Source: an uncultured Christensenellaceae bacterium (GTDB lineage Bacteria; Bacillota; Clostridia; Christensenellales; CAG-1252). Taken from it: DNA of 45,932 nt. The DNA lies in contig CAZUET010000003.1 in NCBI GenBank assembly GCA_964619685.1, forward strand, positions 1 through 45,932. Reading direction: 5' to 3'. Below the pieces are notes generated by a model. The model made no database searches. It saw only the letters and a list, made by a program, of their open reading frames with translations, and had not been told where the DNA came from. Both the position numbers and the translations under genes were made by a program. Positions 23,401 through 28,957 of the stretch are shown here, one piece after another (within the stretch, counting starts at the first letter, position 1; each line of letters begins with the position of its first letter).

Positions 23401-25071
23401 GGAGCTAACGGCGTAGGTATATATACCGTCAATGCAGATATCGAAATCGTTGACGGAAGTGGCGTACATAATTATGTATTCGTTGATTTAAACGGAAACA
23501 TTATAGAACGAGGCTCGGAGTTTAATATAGACTGCACTAACAAATACTCCATATCTGCAAGAAAGCTTGCACTTACTTATGATAATTTGTTGCAGAGCTA
23601 CCGTGAACCAACCGATGTAACCGCAGTTATCGATCTTGAAAATTGCGACTTGATCGACCTTGAGTGGGGTATTGACGGATATGACAGCTTTGGTTTGGAT
23701 GAAAAGCACAATGCTTTGATTTCGAGATTGAAGACTATCCTTGTAGATAACGGCATGGCGACCGACGATGAATTTGGCTGGAGCTCGGATATTAGAATAG
23801 TTAATAGATGGAATAATTCCGATTATCTCGATACATTAACGGCTTATACCAATATTATCATGAATCAAGATAAGATAGGCGATGATCTGTTATTGTCTTG
23901 TGATAACATGTCGGATAATTTCTTGATTACCACCGCTCCGACTCTCAAGCTGACATACATTAAGTATAATAAGTCTGAAAACGTATTCGATGTATATGAT
24001 GCTACCGATATACTTAATCTTACTAACGATGCAAGCAACCTACAAAAAATGGGAATTACTCCTATATACTGGCAGCAATGCGATATTTCGATGGTGGTAA
24101 GAGGATCTCTTGAAATAGTTTGGAGAAAGGAAGCATTTATATTTAAGGGCACATATGACGGTTGCGGATATACAATAAGCGACTTGATGATATTAGCATC
24201 TGTCAACGGCGGTTTGTTCGGTCAACTTGAGGGTGCTACCGTTAAAAGACTTAATATAGAGCGTGTAAACGGCGTTGGTGTCTCTGATATGGGCGGTATT
24301 ATTGCAAGTAAGGCTATTGATTCGCTTATCGATGATGTCACAGTTTCGGGTATTTATACCGTATATTCGTCAAATGACGGTGTAAAGGCAGGCTTTATTG
24401 TGGCTGAATCAAATGATACCGTTATCAAAAACTCTGTGTCTGTCGGTTACTTGAATGTATACGCATCTACGGCAACTGTGGGAGGAATGATCGGCGATTA
24501 TAGCGGAAACAGCGACGAAAGTATAGATAATGTCGCATTCGTTGATACCTCTATCGTTTTAAGCGGTCCTACATTTAATATTGGTCCTATGTATGGCTCC
24601 TTGTCGGGAACGTTTGGCGGTACGTATCTGGAGAATAGTACTGCGGTTTATCTAAAAGACGGTGCTTCACGGTTTGAAAATGGCACGAGCGGTAAGGCTC
24701 TTGATTATAACGGTTTTAAAAATTCGACTGAAGAAAATGTAAAGAGAGCTTACAAATTGGTAAAAGAAGAGTTAATGAGAAACTTTACCTTGTTACCAAA
24801 CGAAAGTGATACATTGCCTATAGGTAATTATCGTCAGTTGATATTGTTATCAGCATACGGATGGCTCGATGCTATCCTTGTAAATGACATCTATATTCCT
24901 TACGATATAACGGTTGCATATATGCTGATAGATAGCTATTACGGTGAGTTTACATTGAATGGTAAACAAATATCGTCAATAAGACCTACTACATATAGAA
25001 TGTTTATTCTCGAGGCTTCAAGCGAATATATCACCGTTTATTCCGAAAGGACACACATTGATAGAAACTAA
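2464..25071 (+). CDS. Giant (~7,535 aa) repetitive secreted/surface adhesin-like protein with InlB B-repeat, MBG/YDG-like and C-terminal GLUG-like domains
   Basis: Uninterrupted 22.6-kb ORF. Start moved from 2437 to ATG 2464 because GAGGT lies at 2455-2459. Basic N-terminus, hydrophobic LLVLILVFAFAISAIQVLIP, and EVAYA signal-peptidase-like site. InlB B-repeat motifs (YTVNFYSNG..GYTFDGW..LYAYW; YVFKGW..ITLYAIF). Dozens of ~100-aa units with Y(D/N)G...(A/V)GxY...NY..W.I.(P/K)(R/K). C-terminal FKGTYDGCGYTISDL..GGLFGQLEGATVKRLNI, typical of GLUG-associated beta-helices. Confidence 0.92.
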   Translation: MARANKKSILNKSETLNKNVTFAMINRRSNNSSAKSGHSRCRLLNSLRTISSLLVLILVFAFAISAIQVLIPIDSNSNSLEVAYANGPGSWSVPQGLAEAYTLNNVSDSEVNNGKNGLPYGVYQGSTSAFDDARRYFSIGSDAAKKPNRNDLKYNSEEKGSIGFIDYEADTFWSGRSDYSLVWWIDIVFDGQMLQAVRNGNVSLSFSTNSRFSDGLNEQNAPAMQWIKGSRANIGSDPIDGSRSGNNANWTSSFKNSCFFAGDFMDGDGSWSTSSDVDAEAIGVRLLFGAISDAAVDGGFYNIILNFSFNTDGLTIYANNPEIGRLNSGSWGRVIKFTNNTISRTATANSGYHIVDSTLNNSYSIKGWKLENFKSAPSSSYDQKSGTSSITISKSSIKPYSYIQVIFDEISYTVNFYSNGKDGAKLFNADDQEIAFGGVSVSGPNSLQLGYAFCDGYTFDGWLVERTSTDSGNPDYREDERFYPYKIRPDDHTKSQTVDLYAYWKSVQAGNGGDGITTITKVDGDYTKYSDIQFKIETSKTGYELIGVYAVYTDGDIPGVAVDLEKQSNGNWKLYALCGNCDLYPRWKAKQYTITYSIDGNKGTSRGDGKTKFYYGVGIGDEDFRTVTNKGAYVFKGWSRTSTGSVLSGSDVYFADVASNITLYAIFDNALNFRTDVTAFSNISATLPNWTNTGYFKTTGSNGIPDYNDSNSRELVGSRTELGWSQEKYAPGAGLYWCYWSNCNTPPSKNGFSNSNSNYPTGNNQVLDNYAYYYVSFSEEVQRALQAGITVKVSVTIGYSCCAYTGGVATYNSTARIGLSVIQGFPSGAFTANQYGDSANAGNDYGRAEWKKTKGTCTDTITLKAGDGSGFSIALHGDQTCTKGSLYEYISYASVTSISYKVEFSGTTSVSSFYLQDENGNTEETLKIRGKAKSIPSYPISTKDGYHFAGWQSVTNGYKATWTVNNYPLISYDVYTDGTNYATEIRKVGYYVYGQYVTLNESGDNSANILSRTEGDNDYNGFTANGRYTIGKHTSGTLSWIYKVGDAYSNPFACDVIGGYYVYYQWSMDDHTVNVGDSTVMYGNSILLDDYVTISHAADEHRELEYVWDNWQWTSSGQAQYKEFYLDDIHAIYLVSESGSYTIKIDAKISIKNVNGSTTVLVRTISDTGEYTIEPISVKLNNIANETFYYNGSVQLPLYDIIANDAVITDTAKLAAADATITVERLGKPWFYDANGKNAWNYGIDVSIVALNYKCSIGQDSNGYNYYNGRIGYEGTAPFRDAGTYTPSDIRLLRSNSTTANTNYRWYNTDEQFYSKADETESLPSSTIYPYSGVSGEGVVLYFTPSYKMFGTIADPSLLVIEGSYELLNRANTEYEFGNSTLATHPYICVDGLVEGDFEYFESIFKYLWSREEGNKAGLYNVLADFNSVSFNSANNEILYRLYNNYGVQLDASRNIKVNGNEIWSGNEIGQGELISRTGGMGVYYVGVSDWNNLFNSDGSLNGWNVELEDYTLSKSHPIFKIQARTIDIVGKPETDSASFVYDGKSHGFDLTFAGFSSTQDTSDITFKASLLGIRLVDLPTDWDSMTDNQKSQWLSANIVKAISVGVNGGDNKLYYDEQNNINYNTLSFAEINAGSYGIVLCGFDGGNYELNIDGKPFYEYRWEIKQLAVTFVSNSVANNTLGDAMYGGYTFSFSGLLSGDGIRILTDIVTPSSCGFRFTGTLSGESKSKSNYSALSDISEHLSNSFIENNTTFALFAKYAGNYSIAFTLSADNSTKEHSGKYGDAYTTNYKFSSKYKIEWTVNTRELSGPEYTSTVNDWIYEYNVSKGKTVAYSGFWSTDFKDNDIAPAVLTDLVENKSIIVIYELNGSNSEGVKLYADGVGGFSVTFKGLDQGTYSPIVNSISSGDIQAWTIKQSSASTVNDGQFVILPKTVLLNWRLDGINSASIIYDAKAHTVTADFYGIDGSSTTDNKVYSGDSATIRLSGDVSQTNAGTYRAVASLSSTNYSLISYSEGMSGTSEYSWSIIRRNLTVVYPTTIARYTYDGDSKSASIAVSNFPEGGTIDELNSLNTLYETDATITSSSIGIKLEAKNAGIYTVKTRNAGTHNVGTNYTITISEDELNEKTILIIDPRIVSITWNTDGFKYNGDMLEIEYDATPKALTAIINNKVNNDDVDLTYHFETLIDGDADRIKVGTYRTTVNGLTGESRSNYTLEGTTDTEREWSIVKRVLTVVWYPYTDNYYNSQSTTVNGFFTTKGGEPESGSGKTSDPYVYYYNGNNAIGVYCVVSGLVGSDSITVTLIGSGEFYYIYDGNYISMPTSGWTISSSNQSAYRFASTATAVSDAIYTVSFSANNDNYDISYRHADGSSDIDSASYKITKRELRISEWNMSDAVDNSFTKVYDGVSSMITATIDGVIPDSDIELSYSDSVKNNVGNYIAKITGIDGADKDNYLLPADTHKLQQAFTITARTVGIAWSFVDGGDSFTKTYRGSNYTLEAELNNIIDGDSVAVSRFRTDYKDGTNLNSLSSAIRVGEYKTYALELNNGNYRLPDNNSIEWSITPFELTISWIMSDGKGTFTKAYDGRESVITASINKIGSDDILLVYTTVGSIDPITGTAFSSSNTGVNVNTYTTTIALDGTNMSDYVLPSDNSKEWSITPRTVSLNWSLDGENEFETIYDGKDHTISCDISNKCLTDIVSVELTEDLTKCVAGNYTANVVKLVGTHSGNYTLDGLTNENGVLKCTWRIIPRVLGVTFDGVGGVYKKDNYTITVKVTNIINSDHPDNLAIAIVDISGKTNANIGIGNCNDGIYTATITSINVGLYGIKVNVSGDRADCYTLPDTQWTWEITALEVSVSWSLNAPIGGSVNGFVGIYAKGLYTMDASLMGVLGDDYVNLTLSGNTAVVKGSYIATVDAIDNPNYLIINGRSQSWEILPKTITAIYWTGENSDRSDFSWVYDGTAKAPIAHAETVNVGVGSINDGKVYEGDSVSFTYVYSGNRILKGNYSVTVTALTDNVNYILGTVDNATKEMEITPRTLTVAWLGDSGIYNKQNYIFTLTVSNLIPFDLENGFIDFNSHSVDGYLAVDNATKEMEITPRTLTVAWLGDSGIYNKQNYIFTLTVSNLIPFDLENGFIDFNSHSVDGYLAVIDGGKALSGNSLVWSFSAINAGLYSVSVDISGDRSSCYTFVTTTKKFEIEKSEIGIEWDMSDDIDDSFTKIYNGVSSTITAQPTGVYSGDSVEFVLSGDIYCVNASNEYIARVQALDGEDKENYKLPSNISRSWQIERLAVVLDWTLSAPINGKADAFKGVYAKNDYTLSATVTNAVGDDVVTINSYLTIGIGYNSSSNTALNVGAYTTRAVSLDNDNYTLVGAVDIKNWEITPKNITEIYWIGENSSESDFSWVYDGTIKAPKAYAVSIDTVNGQYNDGKAYVGDNISFEYNNIGEYAVGTYSLLVTAVIGNSNYVLGDNVTNISKEYTITAKTLDINWNGLSGTYDGNDHIFTATVSGILNDDYGTAVTLSATSLSAVCADASFISGVYTQAFSSKNAGDYSVTLTLSGSRADCYIFSNGELAVTKAWTIDKKALTVEFTVSGGNIINGSVIYDAQSHGYSFTLVGLVDGESLDLFYNELVNGVATTKNIASFGVGSTALFVPKSVSLYGISDITVSSATSSIENYSFTSRSVSWEITPRVVELSWSMNSAINYYYRASDYSPIATITNIQNGDSVTVNGYSTVGNKSAFAVSGVDGVGNIAKNVDNYRTKTLSLDNENYTLDGATNTELSWSILPKTIVFDWIGDSGSYTDFSWDYDGTTKSVGAVVEYVSVSVGSDIDGKVYEGDTISIVISNSSNILAGSYTATAIGTSNSNYVIDDNLTRAYSIEKRKVTLVWTLDSGSNDYSGNKYGYTLTAVGFVSNDYSANITIAIDTEKANMGTPTFTDSYSIYISGINAGDYSASAVLSGLRADCYYIDGITNVNWNINKKEITAVIGESVFDYKAERIENDELNISFLGLVSNESLTIGTDYNVEFDKDPIYAGSYVVTIDILSTAMTSNYTLIGQQSFDVTIDKHSINISDLLWKLNGTEIDIDNLVFVSGEHKSFTLSISDSIFNKIEGKQFTIRYFGFCTCGASAQSSTAEGLNMEHQWFDIDGEWQTNGPEHAGIYWAFVSFDSINVDDRDSFVFENFDNYTNSAYFTVDGDNTYLSWNNGDKATDTPLPALGDNATVVAFGIQRAENGATFAQTPKSLPFSGSYYTVTNGLPFVTAIGEGADMRVTVNGRDYSYTDYTTAQLVRNAGKYSIRIYDKNASASTIVGCDLFNTDATLESDVILTVERQIVTINNTASIAWSKVYDRTVGYIGFTYENGVDFVSQENDGVISSAVDGVISGTSLTISAVFDSYNAGSRNLTFSLDGADKNNYILKFSINGIPFTEFVESNGSFVIVGGTAENNVSLGDGGYITKKDINADGLAEKVFDGTDEVKSFTWNTSDIISGDTVSVSGRYAQSSVGDNIDIVLSSGNDNYIIASSLALGRILPKQLDVSYLSDGSVDYDGAPHGVIVTIDGMLDGFIETISVSGDRSGELTGNVSGTFTAINAGDYTITLSLPNNSNYYIAKNSESWQINKRTLGIAWSTDDLENEENAIYAWNTENDKWTVKFSNIQRWIGATFSNIVEGETLSAQLKDNVAIAVGEYTAIVIGIDGDTSSNYTLPTDMTKSWAILKAEVKTDITGIILEDKTVTYNSVKQTVSVNKTTTQHGITVLVTYEGGEDDSNGATNVGKYTITANIAESENYFAWSMTATLTIEKADIEGISMKASSLTYDGKDHCLTIDKSTTQYNESVSATYSIIYDTISVNNATNVGVYTVTAILNAGSNYNIATLTNTLEITRAEIKLSWNNTSSFSGIYSATMQGVLLTVEGIVENDKNGELVLEFTHNTLSSYTNGKNNVQYDFCAINAGVYTISVTLNGDTKDNYIVTNVNGGFTINKKTVTINGWEYQNGSISGEYTDNALTYNRSEYTLVPILDGVIGGDEVNLDISGNKGTNAYTYSATITLNHANYSMFTVNKSWIISPKALTVDWNYTEPFVYDRTFHEVTAKLDDICSGDIVNITYINSGDTVNKAIDAGTYTAKISSIDNTNYILPTDGLECGWSIEKADIDGIILSGGVFEYDGNLHTLTVNKLTTQHGIAVSVSYEGGENGANGATNVGRYTIIATVSAGDNYNDKVLPSSTLEITPVLLSLDWNNSENYSGIYSASLQGVSLTVSGIVSRDSNGELKLVFTHNTASDILECINNGTYEFLAKNVGDYSVSVSLDGTNKNNYSLPVNTSYSFTVKRKTLTITKWILDDNDYTVPVVYNKTERVIRAYTDDIIYNGDIVNFDYNENVKTNVGIYQAVVTISGNANYELSGEMTKEWAIIPKQLSIVWQNDIEKTYDHSEQSVTATLNGVIEGDTVNIVYDTTSGKAYKATDVGSYTAAISSIDNSNYILPSVGLSQDWSIKQAKITTVTFVSAKYTYDGSVKSLAIKGDKTQYDEIVTVTYSNNSKANAGAYIVTAIVDGGTNYEILTLTATLTIDKARLEIAVNGDSIVYDGEVHTLVPTFVSGEKYPKYTLSGNTLNVVLSADHNNGNGDEFIISSTVNSSITLEAKNVGTYHFAFNVTPIEGVISDNYIAVDTITAVLTIEKADMLDSDGTKLEQGVNIFLNDDIVDYCEEYVGITVSREDAESICVNADDLLKELSIYTSKNIQDTATVSYNYSYTAHQNSRIKRAATNENGVINAGIYSITVTVVNDNYKPVVLSAELTINRIEVSVNWVGTSNDYTYSRLDQSNAIGASFISVKGENKQMTVEVRGVDSENNTVTEFISAGTYTFTASYNGWDSDNYIINDSVNSGIVMKKYVYSATLNDTSMTYDGNTYYLLLNSGKSTVNSEFITVLGMSERVYYTYQCRESVLTTNEIRNVGVYTVVARYNAVDTVGYNPNIESFVSRTATFTVNVKDISVDIENPTKVYDGNSGVDGTVTVSGIVDSDITHITVSVAYSDKNVAATKRIIVALTSDDETHFPTTNYKVPENLNGKIEARKLDVDSRELQSWQKDYDGTTQSAKSPITLFADGFMPIDSDDITVKAYYNSKNVLEANSIVFSLEGYDAGNYLLDSIEFSEVDHISVFLINSLNVGIEWGGTGFINKGDYYSLTYDGYTHDANALIRLKGDDITTANNGILNLTVLTYYVKKADGTSITDTNSVVLRNAGTYNAVASTPTVMDDNMRANYGITATARNYVIEQASVAVKWSVKDEYIYNGTEQTAAVSATAVLLGEDISTYQNEFIVVDYGGKLFKNADIYAVKAMFDSDELSNNYKLISDDRTIEIKKANITNLQFQGSDSWVYYSGEVKYFFVTADGSNYNSAYSEVYYEFDPSLPITVNYSGGEIDYQNIGRSGIKNVGTYTVTASVANTLNYNDWSSSITVTVEKGTIDNIFIKERAYVFDGNKHYVYASNDKNGATDYESVVLPDGSAITVSYRTLSISYYNRAFYEGDNIKDSYICDQAINYAEHAGQYKVGATISGQSNYKDWSSEVSLTITQRVSTVNWYYKGLTDAKYVYNATDQSNSVSASILGQGIVGNDKNIYLSIAFTLIGDDVGAFAELKNRFVLAGDYTLVADFTPEQVWEANDYKLDDKGITRNVTIQKFVVELKWYFGCCEHKDEEYTDESICVYNKKEHSIVASGLGLGGVEMSLLTSGDFKGINAGTYSATVSKVEDGTDNVVVDGISYEIPYALNYVTPTNVDKKWSIDKRPITIELDIVQSSVSKKYDGSKLFTFDDTINVTKVTTDGIVFKTYNYLLTNENYQGSVNKIIYKIGNIVEGDGDVLDLYIESITANEATVNATSIHIIFKELTFNQISMVDVIENYWFAGDTSGLAMGRNDGELIQPRRLSASVNNNAGHVYNGLTFERSFEYADGCARADDLYCISVRSVETDLELMTLIDGNCYVGSLNIGGANGVGIYTVNADIEIVDGSGVHNYVFVDLNGNIIERGSEFNIDCTNKYSISARKLALTYDNLLQSYREPTDVTAVIDLENCDLIDLEWGIDGYDSFGLDEKHNALISRLKTILVDNGMATDDEFGWSSDIRIVNRWNNSDYLDTLTAYTNIIMNQDKIGDDLLLSCDNMSDNFLITTAPTLKLTYIKYNKSENVFDVYDATDILNLTNDASNLQKMGITPIYWQQCDISMVVRGSLEIVWRKEAFIFKGTYDGCGYTISDLMILASVNGGLFGQLEGATVKRLNIERVNGVGVSDMGGIIASKAIDSLIDDVTVSGIYTVYSSNDGVKAGFIVAESNDTVIKNSVSVGYLNVYASTATVGGMIGDYSGNSDESIDNVAFVDTSIVLSGPTFNIGPMYGSLSGTFGGTYLENSTAVYLKDGASRFENGTSGKALDYNGFKNSTEENVKRAYKLVKEELMRNFTLLPNESDTLPIGNYRQLILLSAYGWLDAILVNDIYIPYDITVAYMLIDSYYGEFTLNGKQISSIRPTTYRMFILEASSEYITVYSERTHIDRN
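11528..11904 (+). repeat. Perfect in-frame tandem duplication, 2 x 186 bp plus CAGTG microhomology
   Basis: 11528-11713 is identical to 11714-11899. CAGTG occurs at 11528, 11714 and 11900. Duplicates 62 aa (VDNATKEMEITPR...SHSVDGYLA). Confidence 0.95.
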
Positions 25072-25087
25072 CCGAAAGGAGAAAAGC

Positions 25088-28000
25088 GTGAAAAAAGGGT
25101 ATACAGTAACCAAGTCAATAGCACTATTAGCTCTTACCGATATTTTGATGATAGCGGTCGCTTTTCTGTGCTTCGGCTTGGTTGCATATGCGGAGGGCGG
25201 AATAAGATATTCCGATCCAATAACTGTTGAATATACAGACGGTGTATATTCGTACGGCAACAACGGATATGCCGAAACAAGCGATTCTCTCCAAGACGTA
25301 ATTGACGCCGTTGCTAAAAATGTATCGTCTAATATAATACTCAATTTCAAAAATGTATCGACCAATGAGCAATTAGCTCTCGATTACAGCTATTCGGTGG
25401 TCATGCAGGGTAACTTGAACTATACAGGTGAGTTATCACCGTTTATAACGGTAAAAGATAATGAATTAAGGTTGCAGGGTATTGATATAGTATCTTCGGT
25501 TACCGCCATAAGCGTTGGTGAAAATGCAAGCTTGAATTCATACTCGGGTACCGTTAAAACAACACTCAATAAGGCTGTTTTGACCTCTACGATTTCAAAT
25601 TACGGAGCCGTGTCTATTGACGGCGGTGTGATAGTCTATGATAATTCTTTGGCACAAGGCAGTGGCACAGCCGTAAGTCAGTATGGAATTAGCTCTTCGC
25701 TGACACTGATCAAGGGGCGTATCGAAGGCAATAGCGGTATTCAGGTTAATCAAGGTACGGTAAGCTTTGTCGGTGGTACGGTCAGTGCGACTCGTTCTTA
25801 TAGTGAAAACATTGCTAACGGCTATGCGGTAATGGTCTGTAATAACGGAAATGTGACGGTTGACGGTGCGAATATAAACAGCGTAACTCCGTCAAGAGCG
25901 GTGCTGATAGACGGAGGGAGTAATTCAACCTTTAATTATTTTTCGGGGCGTATCGAGGGGAATATCGTTTTGAATCGTGGTGGCACCGATTTTACGGCTG
26001 TTAAAATTGGTAATAAGTGTATTTATCCCGATCAAAACGGAAGTGTTTATTTATATTCTCCGTTGAATGTGTTGGAGCATTTATCCGATTTTTATTTGGG
26101 TGTTGAATGTAATACGGGATTTTATGTAAAGGAATGGAGTGATGGTATTGAAGTAAACTCGCCTAAACTTTCCGATTTTAGTGGTGAAGAAGTAAAGGTA
26201 ACACTTGATAACCGATATAAAATAACCCTTTCATTGGGAAATAAAAGCGAAACACTGTTATTTGATTACAATTCTACCGTTTATCCTCATGTGTGGGGAT
26301 TTACCCCGTCTGACGGACAAACCATATTATATTGGTGCGATCAATTCGGTGAACAAATTGATCTACCTATTAAGGTAACAAAGGATGCTTCGTATACAGC
26401 GGTGCTTGATATAGCCGATACCGTTATAGAGCATATAGCTGATATTTCTACTGTTTACGGAGATGATATATCTCTTGAAGGTCGTTTTGAGAGGGTAGAG
26501 TTCCTATCTTACGAATATATTTGGCAAAGGCTTGAAAAGGTATCGATTTCGGACGGACAGGGCGGAATGGTGGTATCAACGCAGTTCGTAACGGTATCCG
26601 AAAATGAAAAATGCATAGTAAAGGGTGTGTCTGATTCGGGTAAATACCGTTTGAAGCTGATTACTTCATTTGGCAGTGTCGAAAAAATAAATTACAGTAA
26701 TGAATTTACGGTTACAATAGAAAAAGCCGATTATAACGGAATCGTGCATGCAGATATTATTGGTGTTTACTCTCCCGATAAGACGCTGTCGGATTATTTG
26801 TTGTCAGAAGGTTTTTCTTGGGTGGATGCCGACATTGTTCCAACTGTGAATGTTACAAAATATGAAGCGAAATACTGCGTTGATTACGAAAATTACAATG
26901 CGTACCCACTTTTTATTAACCTTGTTCTGCAAAAACACGAGGCAATAAGAGATTCTTATCCGTATAATTATTATCAAAATGAAAGCTTTGTATATGATTC
27001 GAATAAAACGCTAAACGATTATCCGCTTAGTGGTGCTTGGCGGTGGGCTGACGGCAGTATTACACCAACCGTGAATAATGAAGGTTATATCGCTTACTAT
27101 AATCCCGACAGTGCCAATTATGAGGATTATAGGTGTTTGATTAAAATACTTATCACAAAAGCACAGTCGGAAAAGGGTGAGGCACTGTCTTATAATGCTA
27201 CATTTAGATATGGATTGACGGTCAAGGATGCCTTGACAGATGGTAAATTGCCTAAAAACTACTATTTTATTAATGTTAGCGATATTGATATGGTGATAGA
27301 GCAATACGGTAGTATAATAATTGATATTTACTATAATCGAGATCCGCTAAATTATGAAAGCTATAAGACAACGCTCACTGTTAATGCAGTTAGAGAAAAG
27401 GAATCCGAGAGAAAATATCCCGAGGTTATTTTTATTCCGTTCGACGAAGCACTAAAGCTATCGGATATCAGATTGGACGATGGGTGGCGGTGGTCAAACG
27501 GAGAGCAGTCGATCAAATACGGTAAGAATACATATTCTGTGATGTATAGCTCTGATTATGCGTTATATGAACCGTTTATAACGGTGGTAGAAATAGTTGC
27601 TTATGACTCAGCGATAAAGATTGACGATATAAATGTACAATATAGTGAAGGGCTGACACTAAGCGAAATCCCTTTGCCAAACGGATATAGTTGGATAGAA
27701 AATACTAAGTTAAGTGTAGGTAATCACACCTGTAGGGCTGTTTATTCGTCGGATGAGTGGGAAAAAGTTTATATCGATGTTATAGTCTCTGTATCTAAGG
27801 GAATATATGATATTAGCGATATAGTATTTGAGGATAAAACGGTACCATATGACGGAATACCCTATACGATAGAGTTTGTAGGTATACTTCCGAACGGAGT
27901 AAGTGGCAAGGTGTACTGTGAACAATATCAGGAAATTTGCTCATTTACTGATGTCGGAGAATACCGCTTTATACTCGAATTTACTGTAAACAATACTGAT

Positions 28001-28957
28001 TATGAACCAATACCGTCAAAGTATGCAACTTTGACGATAACCCCCATTGAATATGATTTAACGGATATATGGGACGATTTAACGGTCATTTATGACGGTA
28101 AGGAGCATATTTTAGAGTGTAATGAAGAAAAATTGCCCGAGGGTGTTTCGGTCATATCGTATATAGGTGATCATTGCTTTGTTAATTCCGGTACATATAG
28201 CGTTGGTATTGCGTTTTATCAAGTCGATGACCGTAATCATTTGACCTTAGGCACTGTTTATAGAACTTTGACCATACAAAAGGCGGAAGGATCGCTTGTT
28301 GGTAATTCTCGACAAACCGTGGTGTATGACGGTAAACCTCATTCACCCCTTGTCTTGTCAGCTAATAGCGAGCAGATGCCCATTAGTAACGGCGTTGCCT
28401 CGTTTATTGAGCCCGGAAGATATGAAGTCACTTATCATGTGGAAGAAAGTGTTAATTATAAAGCATCCGATAAGACTATCGAGTTTATTATTTTGCCGAA
28501 GACACTGCATACCGAGAGTGGATTAAGCGGAATGAGCGGTAGCGTATTCTCTGAAAACGGCATATATGGTAATAATTTAAGTATAGATATTGTTGCTAAT
28601 GAAAACGGAATTTTCGATATTTCTATTTTGATAGACGATATCCCGATAACAAACGATTATACCGTTACCATTTATTACGGAAAAATTACAAACAGCAAAA
28701 ATATAGAGCTATATGCAAACATAGACGGTGTATATGAACCGATAAAGTATACCTTAAGCGATAATAGTATCATATTTAACGGAGTTGGTGCAACTTATAG
28801 ACTATCTATTACTGATAAAAATATTCCTATATGGGTATGGATATTGATAATAATTAGTGTCGCTTTATTTACGATTTGTGTATTGCTCGCAGTTAGGACA
28901 ATCATTATAAAGAAAAAAGGTATCGACATTTTGAAAAGAAAAAGGAAGGAACAATAA
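25088..28957 (+). CDS. ~1,289-aa cell-surface protein: signal peptide, beta-helix-like N-region, InlB B-repeat/MBG-like repeats, C-terminal membrane anchor
   Basis: AAGGAG at 25076-25081 precedes GTG 25088. Signal peptide MKKG...LCFGLVAYA|E. Gly-rich 'GxVxIxGGxI' turns. Repeats TL.D..L..G(W/F).W....P and YDG...GxY. C-terminal IWVWILIIISVALFTICVLLAV followed by a K/R-rich tail. Confidence 0.88.
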   Translation: MKKGYTVTKSIALLALTDILMIAVAFLCFGLVAYAEGGIRYSDPITVEYTDGVYSYGNNGYAETSDSLQDVIDAVAKNVSSNIILNFKNVSTNEQLALDYSYSVVMQGNLNYTGELSPFITVKDNELRLQGIDIVSSVTAISVGENASLNSYSGTVKTTLNKAVLTSTISNYGAVSIDGGVIVYDNSLAQGSGTAVSQYGISSSLTLIKGRIEGNSGIQVNQGTVSFVGGTVSATRSYSENIANGYAVMVCNNGNVTVDGANINSVTPSRAVLIDGGSNSTFNYFSGRIEGNIVLNRGGTDFTAVKIGNKCIYPDQNGSVYLYSPLNVLEHLSDFYLGVECNTGFYVKEWSDGIEVNSPKLSDFSGEEVKVTLDNRYKITLSLGNKSETLLFDYNSTVYPHVWGFTPSDGQTILYWCDQFGEQIDLPIKVTKDASYTAVLDIADTVIEHIADISTVYGDDISLEGRFERVEFLSYEYIWQRLEKVSISDGQGGMVVSTQFVTVSENEKCIVKGVSDSGKYRLKLITSFGSVEKINYSNEFTVTIEKADYNGIVHADIIGVYSPDKTLSDYLLSEGFSWVDADIVPTVNVTKYEAKYCVDYENYNAYPLFINLVLQKHEAIRDSYPYNYYQNESFVYDSNKTLNDYPLSGAWRWADGSITPTVNNEGYIAYYNPDSANYEDYRCLIKILITKAQSEKGEALSYNATFRYGLTVKDALTDGKLPKNYYFINVSDIDMVIEQYGSIIIDIYYNRDPLNYESYKTTLTVNAVREKESERKYPEVIFIPFDEALKLSDIRLDDGWRWSNGEQSIKYGKNTYSVMYSSDYALYEPFITVVEIVAYDSAIKIDDINVQYSEGLTLSEIPLPNGYSWIENTKLSVGNHTCRAVYSSDEWEKVYIDVIVSVSKGIYDISDIVFEDKTVPYDGIPYTIEFVGILPNGVSGKVYCEQYQEICSFTDVGEYRFILEFTVNNTDYEPIPSKYATLTITPIEYDLTDIWDDLTVIYDGKEHILECNEEKLPEGVSVISYIGDHCFVNSGTYSVGIAFYQVDDRNHLTLGTVYRTLTIQKAEGSLVGNSRQTVVYDGKPHSPLVLSANSEQMPISNGVASFIEPGRYEVTYHVEESVNYKASDKTIEFIILPKTLHTESGLSGMSGSVFSENGIYGNNLSIDIVANENGIFDISILIDDIPITNDYTVTIYYGKITNSKNIELYANIDGVYEPIKYTLSDNSIIFNGVGATYRLSITDKNIPIWVWILIIISVALFTICVLLAVRTIIIKKKGIDILKRKRKEQ

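Noticed and set aside
25018-25090. Giant gene and next gene as one frameshifted ORF
   Set aside because: The second gene has its own AAGGAG RBS and a complete signal peptide.
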